This document shows positions 54,601 through 64,000 of a stretch of 64,000 nt of DNA, piece by piece; position 1 is the stretch's first letter; the number at the start of each line of letters is the position of its first letter. The translations under genes and the position numbers were made by a program. A model generated the notes under the pieces. The model saw nothing but the letters and a program-made list of their open reading frames with translations. It did not search any database and was not told where the DNA came from. Origin of the DNA: Eledone cirrhosa. Its lineage: Eukaryota. The stretch covers positions 72,602,001-72,666,000 of the forward strand of contig OZ024740.1 of the NCBI GenBank assembly GCA_964016885.1, in the 5' to 3' direction.

Positions 54601-55037
54601 ACACACTGAACTGATACAACAACAACAACAACAACAATATTGAGAAGTTGGAACACACTGAACTGATACAACAACAACAACAACAACAACAACAATATTG
54701 AGAATTTGGAACACACTGAACTGATACAACAACAACAACAACAACAATATTGAGAAGTTGGAACACACTGAACTGATACAACAACAACAACAACAACAAT
54801 ATTGAGAAGTTGGAACACACTGAACTGATACAACAACAACAACAACAACAATATTGAGAAGTTGGAACACACAGAACTGATACAACAACAACAACAACAA
54901 TATTGAGTAGTTGGAACACACTGAACTGATACAACAACAACAACCACAACAATATTGAGAAGTTGGAACACACTGAACTGATACAACAACAACAAAAACA
55001 ACAACAATATTGAGAAGTTGGAACACACTGAACTGAT

Positions 55038-55069
<32 letters not shown>

Positions 55070-55648
55070 ATTGAGAAGTTGGAACACACTGAACTGATAC
55101 AACAACAACAACAACAACAATATTGAGAAGTTGGAACACACTGAACTGATACAACAACAACAACAACAACAATATCGAGTAGTTGGAACACACTGCATTG
55201 ATACAACAACAACAACAACAATATTGAGGAGTTGGAACACACTGAACTGATACAACAACAAAACAATATTGAGAAGTTGGAACACACTGAACTGATACAA
55301 CAACAACAACAACAACAATATTGAGAAGTTGGAACACACTGAACTGATACAACAACAACAACAACAATATTGAGAAGTTGGAACACACTGAACTGATACA
55401 ACAACAACAACAACAATATTGAGAAGTTGGAACACACTGAACTGATACAACAACAACAACAACAATATTGAGAAGTTGGAACACACTGAACTGATACAAC
55501 AACAATAACAACAACAATATTGAGAAGTTGGAACACACTGAACTGATACAACAACAACAACAACAACAACAATATTGAGAAGTTGGAACACACTGAACTG
55601 ATACAACAACAACAACAATATTGAGAAGTTAGAACACACTGAACTGAT

Positions 55649-55680
<32 letters not shown>

Positions 55681-58600
55681 ATTGAGAAGTTGGAACACAC
55701 TGAACTGATACAACAACAACAACAACAACAACAATATTGAGAAGTTGGAACACACTGAACTGATACAACAACAACAACAACAATATTGAGAAGTTGGAAC
55801 ACACTGAACTGATACAACAACAACAACAACAACAATATTGAGAAGTTGGAACACACTGAACTGATACAACAACAACAACAACAACAATATTGAGAAGTTG
55901 GAACACACTGAACTGATACAACAACAACAACAACAACAATATTGAGAAGTTGGAACACACTGAACTGATAGAACAACAACAACAACAACAATATTGAGAA
56001 GTTGGAACACACTGAACTGATACAACAACAACAACAACAACAATATTGAGAAGTTGGAACACACTGAACTGATACAACAACAACAACAACAATATTGAGA
56101 AGTTGGAACACACTGAACTGATACAACAACAATAACAACAACAATATTGAGAAGTTGGAACACACTGAACTGATACAACAACAACAACAACAACAACAAC
56201 AATATTGAGAAGTTGGAACACACTGAACTGATACAACAACAACAACAATATTGAGAAGTTAGAACACACTGAACTGATACAACAACAACAACAACAACAA
56301 CAATATTGAGAAGTTGGAACACACTGAACTGATACAACAACAACAACAATATTGAGAAGTTGGAACACACTGAACTGATACAACAACAACAACAACAACA
56401 ATATTGAGAAGTTGGAACACACTGAACTGATACAACAACAACATCAACAACAATATTGAGAAGTTGGAACACACTGAACTGATACAACAACAACAACAAC
56501 AATATTGAGAAGTTGGAACACACTGAACTGATACAACAACAATAACAACAACAATATTGAGAAGTTGGAACACACTGAACTGATACAACAACAACAACAA
56601 CAACAACAACAATATTGAGAAGTTGGAACACACTGAACTGATACAACAACAACAACAATATTGAGAAGTTAGAACACACTGAACTGATACAACAACAACA
56701 ACAACAACAACAATATTGAGAAGTTGGAACACACTGAACTGATACAACAACAACAACAACAACAACAACAATATTGAGAAGTTGGAACACACTGAACTGA
56801 TACAACAACAACAACAACAACAACAACAATATTGAGAAGTTGGAACACACTGAACTGATACAACAACAACAACAACAATATTGAGAAGTTGGAACACACT
56901 GAACTGATACAACAACAACAACAACAACAACAATATTGAGAAGTTGGAACACACTGAACTGATACAACAACAACAACAACAATATTGAGAAGTTGGAACA
57001 CACTGAACTGATACAACAACAACAACAACAACAACAATATTGAGAAGTTGGAACACACTGAACTGATACAACAACAACAACAACAATATTGAGAAGTTGG
57101 AACACACTGAACTGATACAACAACAACAACAACAATATTGAGAAGTTGGAACACACTGAACTGATACAACAACAACAACAACAACAACAATATTGAGAAG
57201 TTGGAACACACTGAACTGATACAACAACAACAACAACAACAACAATATTGAGAAGTTGGAACACACTGAACTGATACAACAACAACAACAACAACAACAA
57301 CAATATTGAGAAGTTGGAACACACTGAACTGATACAACAACAACAACAACAACAACAATATTGAGAAGTTGGAACACACTGAACTGATACAACAACAACA
57401 ACAACAACAACAATATTGAGAAGTTGGAACACACTGAACTGATACAACAACAACAACAACAACAACAACAATATTGAGAAGTTGGAACACACTGAACTGA
57501 TACAACAACAACAACAACAACAACAATATTGAGAAGTTGGAACACACTGAACTGATACAACAAAAACAACAACAACAACAATATTGAGAAGTTGGAACAC
57601 ACTGAACTGATACAACAACAACAACAACAGCAACAACAATATTGAGAAGTTGGAACACACTGAACTGATACAACAACAACAACAACAACAACAATATTGA
57701 GAAGTTGGAACACACTGAACTGATACAACAACAACAACAACAACAACAATATTGAGAAGTTGGAACACACTGAACTGATACAACAACAACAACAACAACA
57801 ACAATATTGAGAAGTTGGAACACACTGAACTGATACAACAACAACAACAACAATATTGAGAAGTTGGAACACACTGAACTGATACAACAACAACAACAAC
57901 AACAACAACAATATTGAGAAGTTGGAACACACTGAACTGATACAACAACAACAACAACAATATTGAGAAGTTGGAACACACTGAACTGATACAACAACAA
58001 CAACAACAACAATATTGAGAAGTTGGAACACACTGAACTGATACAACAACAACAACAACAACAACAACAATATTGAGAAGTTGGAACACACTGAACTGAT
58101 ACAACAACAACAACAACAACAACAACAATATTGAGAAGTTGGAACACACTGAACTGATACAACAACAACAACAACAATATTGAGAAGTTGGAACACACTG
58201 AACTGATACAACAACAACAACAACAACAACAACAATATTGAGAAGTTGGAACACACTGAACTGATACAACAACAACAACAACAATATTGAGAAGTTGGAA
58301 CACACTGAACTGATACAACAACAACAACAACAACAACAATATTGAGAAGTTGGAACACACTGAACTGATACAACAACAACAACAACAACAATATTGAGAA
58401 GTTGGAACACACTGAACTGATACAACAACAACAACAACAACAATATTGAGAAGTTGGAACACACTGAACTGATACAACAACAACAACAACAACAACAACA
58501 ATATTGAGAAGTTGGAACACACTGAACTGATACAACAACAACAACAACAATATTGAGAAGTTGGAACACACTGAACTGATACAACAACAACAACAACAAC

Positions 58601-60299
58601 AACAATATTGAGAAGTTGGAACACACTGAACTGATACAACAACAACAACAACAATATTGAGAAGTTGGAACACACTGAACTGATACAACAACAACAACAA
58701 CAACAACAATATTGAGAAGTTGGAACACACTGAACTGATACAACAACAACAACAACAACAACAATATTGAGAAGTTGGAACACACTGAACTGATACAACA
58801 ACAACAACAACAATATTGAGAAGTTGGAACACACTGAACTGATACAACAACAACAACAACAACAATATTGAGAAGTTGGAACACACTGAACTGATACAAC
58901 AACAACAACAACAACAATATTGAGAAGTTGGAACACACTGAACTGATACAACAACAACAACAACAACAATATTGAGAAGTTGGAACACACTGAACTGATA
59001 CAACAACAACAACAACAACAATATTGAGAAGTTGGAACACACTGAACTGATACAACAACAACAACAACAACAATATTGAGAAGTTGGAACACACTGAACT
59101 GATACAACAACAACAACAACAATATTGAGAAGTTGGAACACACTGAACTGATACAACAACAATAACAACAACAACAACAATATTGAGAAGTTGGAACACA
59201 CTGAACTGATACAACAACAACAACAACAATATTGAGAAGTTGGAACACACTGAACTGATACAACAACAACAACAACAACAACAATATTGAGAAGTTGGAA
59301 CACACTGAACTGATACAACAACAACAACAACAACAATATTGAGAAGTTGGAACACACTGAACTGATACAACAACAACAACAACAACAATATTGAGAAGTT
59401 GGAACACACTGAACTGATACAACAACAACAACAACAACAACAACAATATTGAGAAGTTGGAACACACTGAACTGATACAACAACAACAACAACAATATTG
59501 AGAAGTTGGAACACACTGAACTGATACAACAACAACAACAACAACAACAATATTGAGAAGTTGGAACACACTGAACTGATACAACAACAACAACAATATT
59601 GAGAAGTTAGAACACACTGAACTGATACAACAACAACAACAACAACAACAATATTGAGAAGTTGGAACACACTGAACTGATACAACAACAACAACAACAA
59701 CAATATTGAGAAGTTGGAACACACTGAACTGATACAACAACAACAACAACAATATTGAGAAGTTAGAACACACTGAACTGATACAACAACAACAACAACA
59801 ACAATATTGAGAAGTTGGAACACACTGAACTGATACAACAACAACAACAACAATATTGAGAAGTTAGAACACACTGAACTGATACAACAACAACAACAAC
59901 AACAATATTGAGAAGTTAGAACACACTGAACTGATACAACAACAACAACAACAACAATATTGAGAAGTTAGAACACACTGAACTGATACAACAACAACAA
60001 CAACAACAATATTGAGAAGTTAGAACACACTGAACTGATACAACAACAACAACAACAACAACAATATTGAGAAGTTGGAACACACTGAACTGATACAACA
60101 ACAACAACAACAACAATATTGAGAAGTTGGAACACACTGAACTGATACAACAACAACAACAACAATATTGAGAAGTTAGAACACACTGAACTGATACAAC
60201 AACAACAACAACAACAATATTGAGAAGTTAGAACACACTGAACTGATACAACAACAACAACAACAACAATATTGAGAAGTTGGAACACACTGAACTGAT

Positions 60300-60331
<32 letters not shown>

Positions 60332-61791
60332 ATTGAGAAGTTGGAACACACTGAACTGATACAACAACAACAACAACAACAACAATATTGAGAAGTTGGA
60401 ACACACTGAACTGATACAACAACAACAACAACAATATTGAGTAGTTGGAACACACTGAACTGATACAACAACAACAACAACAATATTGAGAAGTTGGAAC
60501 ACACTGAACTGATACAACAACAACAACAACAACAACAATATTGAGTAGTTGGAACACACTGAACTGATACAACAACAACAACAACAATATTGAGAAGTTA
60601 GAACACACTGAACTGATACAACAACAACAACAACAACAACAATATTGAGAAGTTGGAACACACTGAACTGATACAACAACAACAACAACAACAATATTGA
60701 GAAGGTGGAACACACTGAACTGATACAACAACAACAACAACAATATTGAGAAGTTAGAACACACTGAACTGATACAACAACAACAACAACAACAATATTG
60801 AGAAGTTGGAACACACTGAACTGATACAACAACAACAACAACAACAACAATATTGAGAAGTTGGAACACACTGAACTGATACAACAACAACAACAACAAT
60901 ATTGAGAAGTTGGAACACACTGAACTGATACAACAACAACAACAACAACAATATTGAGAAGTTGGAACACACTGAACTGATACAACAACAACAACAACAA
61001 CAACAACAATATTGAGAAGTTGGAACACACTGAACTGATACAACAACAACAACAACAATATTGAGAAGTTGGAACACACTGAACTGATACAACAACAACA
61101 ACAACAGCAACAATATTGAGAAGTTGGAACACACTGAACTGATACAACAACAACAACAACAATATTGAGAAGTTGGAACACACTGAACTGATACAACAAC
61201 AACAACAACAACAACAATATTGAGAAGTTGGAACACACTGAACTGATACAACAACAACAACAACAACAATATTGAGAAGTTGGAACACACTGAACTGATA
61301 CAACAACAACAACAACAACAACAACAATATTGAGAAGTTGGAACACACTGAACTGATACAACAACAACAACAACAACAACAACAATATTGAGAAGTTGGA
61401 ACACACTGAACTGATACAACAACAACAACAACAATATTGAGAAGTTGGAACACACTGAACTGATACAACAACAACAACAACAACAATATTGAGAAGTTGG
61501 AACACACTGAACTGATACAACAACAACAACAACAACAACAACAATATTGAGAAGTTGGAACACACTGAACTGATACAACAACAACAACAACAACAACAAC
61601 AATATTGAGAAGTTGGAACACACTGAACTGATACAACAACAACAACAACAATATTGAGAAGTTGGAACACACTGAACTGATACAACAACAACAACAACAA
61701 CAATATTGAGAAGTTGGAACACACTGAACTGATAGAACAACAACAACAACAACAACAACAATATTGAGAAGTTGGAACACACTGAACTGAT

Positions 61792-61823
<32 letters not shown>

Positions 61824-64000
61824 ATTGAGAAGTTGGAACACACTGAACTGATACAACAACAACAACAACAATATTGAGAAGTTGGAACACACTGAACTGA
61901 TACAACAACAACAACAACAACAATATTGAGAAGTTGGAACACACTGAACTGATACAACAACAACAACAACAATATTGAGAAGTTGGAACACACTGAACTG
62001 ATACAACAACAACAACAACAACAACAATATTGAGAAGTTGGAACACACTGAACTGATACAACAACAACAACAACAACAATATTGAGAAGTTGGAACACAC
62101 TGAACTGATACAACAACAACAACAACAACAACAACAATATTGAGAAGTTGGAACACACTGAACTGATACAACAACAACAACAACAACAACAACAATATTG
62201 AGAAGTTGGAACACACTGAACTGATACAACAACAACAACAACAATATTGAGAAGTTGGAACACACTGAACTGATACAACAACAACAACAACAACAACAAT
62301 ATTGAGAAGTTGGAACACACTGAACTGATACAACAACAACAACAACAATATTGAGAAGTTGGAACACACTGAACTGATACAACAACAACAACAACAACAA
62401 CAATATTGAGAAGTTGGAACACACTGAACTGATACAACAACAACAACAACAACAACAATATTGAGAAGTTGGAACACACTGAACTGATACAACAACAACA
62501 ACAACAATATTGAGAAGTTGGAACACACTGAACTGATACAACAACAACAACAACAACAATATTGAGAAGTTGGAACACACTGAACTGATACAACAACAAC
62601 AACAACAACAATATTGAGAAGTTGGAACACACTGAACTGATACAACAACAACAACAACAACAATATTGAGAAGTTGGAACACACTGAACTGATACAACAA
62701 CAACAACAACAACAATATTGAGAAGTTGGAACACACTGAACTGATACAACAACAACAACAACAACAATATTGAGAAGTTGGAACACACTGAACTGATACA
62801 ACAACAACAACAACAATATTGAGAAGTTGGAACACACTGAACTGATACAACAACAACAACAACAACAATATTGAGAAGTTAGAACACACTGAACTGATAC
62901 AACAACAACAACAACAACAATATTGAGAAGTTGGAACACACTGAACTGATACAACAACAATAACAACAACAATATTGAGAAGTTGGAACACACTGAACTG
63001 ATACAACAACAACAACAACAATATTGAGAAGTTGGAACACACTGAACTGATACAACAACAACAACAACAACAATATTGAGAAGTTAGAACACACTGAACT
63101 GATACAACAACAACAACAACAACAATATTGAGAAGTTGGAACACACTGAACTGATACAACAACAATAACAACAACAATATTGAGAAGTTGGAACACACTG
63201 AACTGATACAACAACAACAACAACAACAACAACAATATTGAGAAGTTGGAACACACTGAACTGATACAACAACAACAACAATATTGAGAAGTTAGAACAC
63301 ACTGAACTGATACAACAACAACAACAACAACAACAATATTGAGAAGTTGGAACACACTGAACTGATACAACAACAACAACAACAACAATATTGAGAAGTT
63401 GGAACACACTGAACTGATACAACAACAACAACAACAATATTGAGAAGTTAGAACACACTGAACTGATACAACAACAACAACAACAATATTGAGAAGTTAG
63501 AACACACTGAACTGATACAACAACAACAACAACAACAATATTGAGAAGTTAGAACACACTGAACTGATACAACAACAACAACAACAACAATATTGAGAAG
63601 TTGGAACACACTGAACTGATACAACAATAACAACAACAACAATATTGAGAAGTTGGAACACACTGAACTGATACAACAACAACAACAACAATATTGAGAA
63701 GTTAGAACACACTGAACTGATACAACAACAACAACAACAATATTGAGAAGTTAGAACACACTGAACTGATACAACAACAACAACAACAACAATATTGAGA
63801 AGTTAGAACACACTGAACTGATACAACAACAACAACAACAACAATATTGAGAAGTTGGAACACACTGAACTGATACAACAATAACAACAACAACAATATT
63901 GAGAAGTTAGAACACACTGAACTGATACAACAACAACAACAACAACAATATTGAGAAGTTGGAACACACTGAACTGATACAACAACAACAACAACAACAA
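32814..64000. repeat. Giant compound satellite: 31-bp core TATTGAGAAGTTGGAACACACTGAACTGATA + (CAA)4-11, roughly 600 units, continuing past the window end
   Basis: Direct reading. Unit length is 31+3n (mostly 46-58 bp); the unit count is estimated from array length. Confidence 0.99.

Noticed and set aside
32814-64000. CRISPR array (31-bp repeat + spacer)
   Set aside because: Spacers are only (CAA)n rather than unique sequence, there are no cas genes, and the context is eukaryotic.
32752-64000. Giant Cys/Leu/Val-rich protein genes
   Set aside because: All three frames give the same polymer, the listed starts are mostly GTG/TTG, and stop-creating variants are frequent. Expected artefact of a stop-free repeat.
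32814-64000. Telomeric or telomerase-type repeat
   Set aside because: No TTAGGG-like motif, and the G/T-rich strand points into the window rather than toward the right end.
32814-64000. Recursive (ratchet) splice sites
   Set aside because: The acceptor-like AGs are followed by TT or TG, not the AG|GT needed to regenerate a donor.

Overview
AT-rich, repeat-dense eukaryotic (animal) DNA with no prokaryotic gene content. The tRNA-headed SINE families and the microsatellite load resemble coleoid cephalopod (octopus-like) genomes; this is an inference, not a database result. The left half (1-32.7 kb) is a mosaic of SINEs, TTAA- and TA-type MITEs, a complete non-autonomous Helitron and decayed non-LTR retrotransposons. 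These include an R4/Dong-like restriction-like-endonuclease element, a near full-length GC-rich RTE, an RTE with three C-terminal C2H2 fingers, bipartite RTE derivatives and Penelope fragments with a hammerhead remnant. It also holds several strong hairpins, mini/microsatellites and two plausible minus-strand host exons. The right half (32814-64000, running off the window) is one >31 kb tandem array of roughly 600 units, each a near-invariant 31-bp core (TATTGAGAAGTTGGAACACACTGAACTGATA) plus a variable (CAA)4-11 tract, with layered higher-order structure. On the minus strand each unit resembles a 3' splice acceptor plus the first ~25 nt of an exon, and the last copy runs directly into unique sequence. 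The many long ORFs in the array and in the microsatellites are most likely artefacts.
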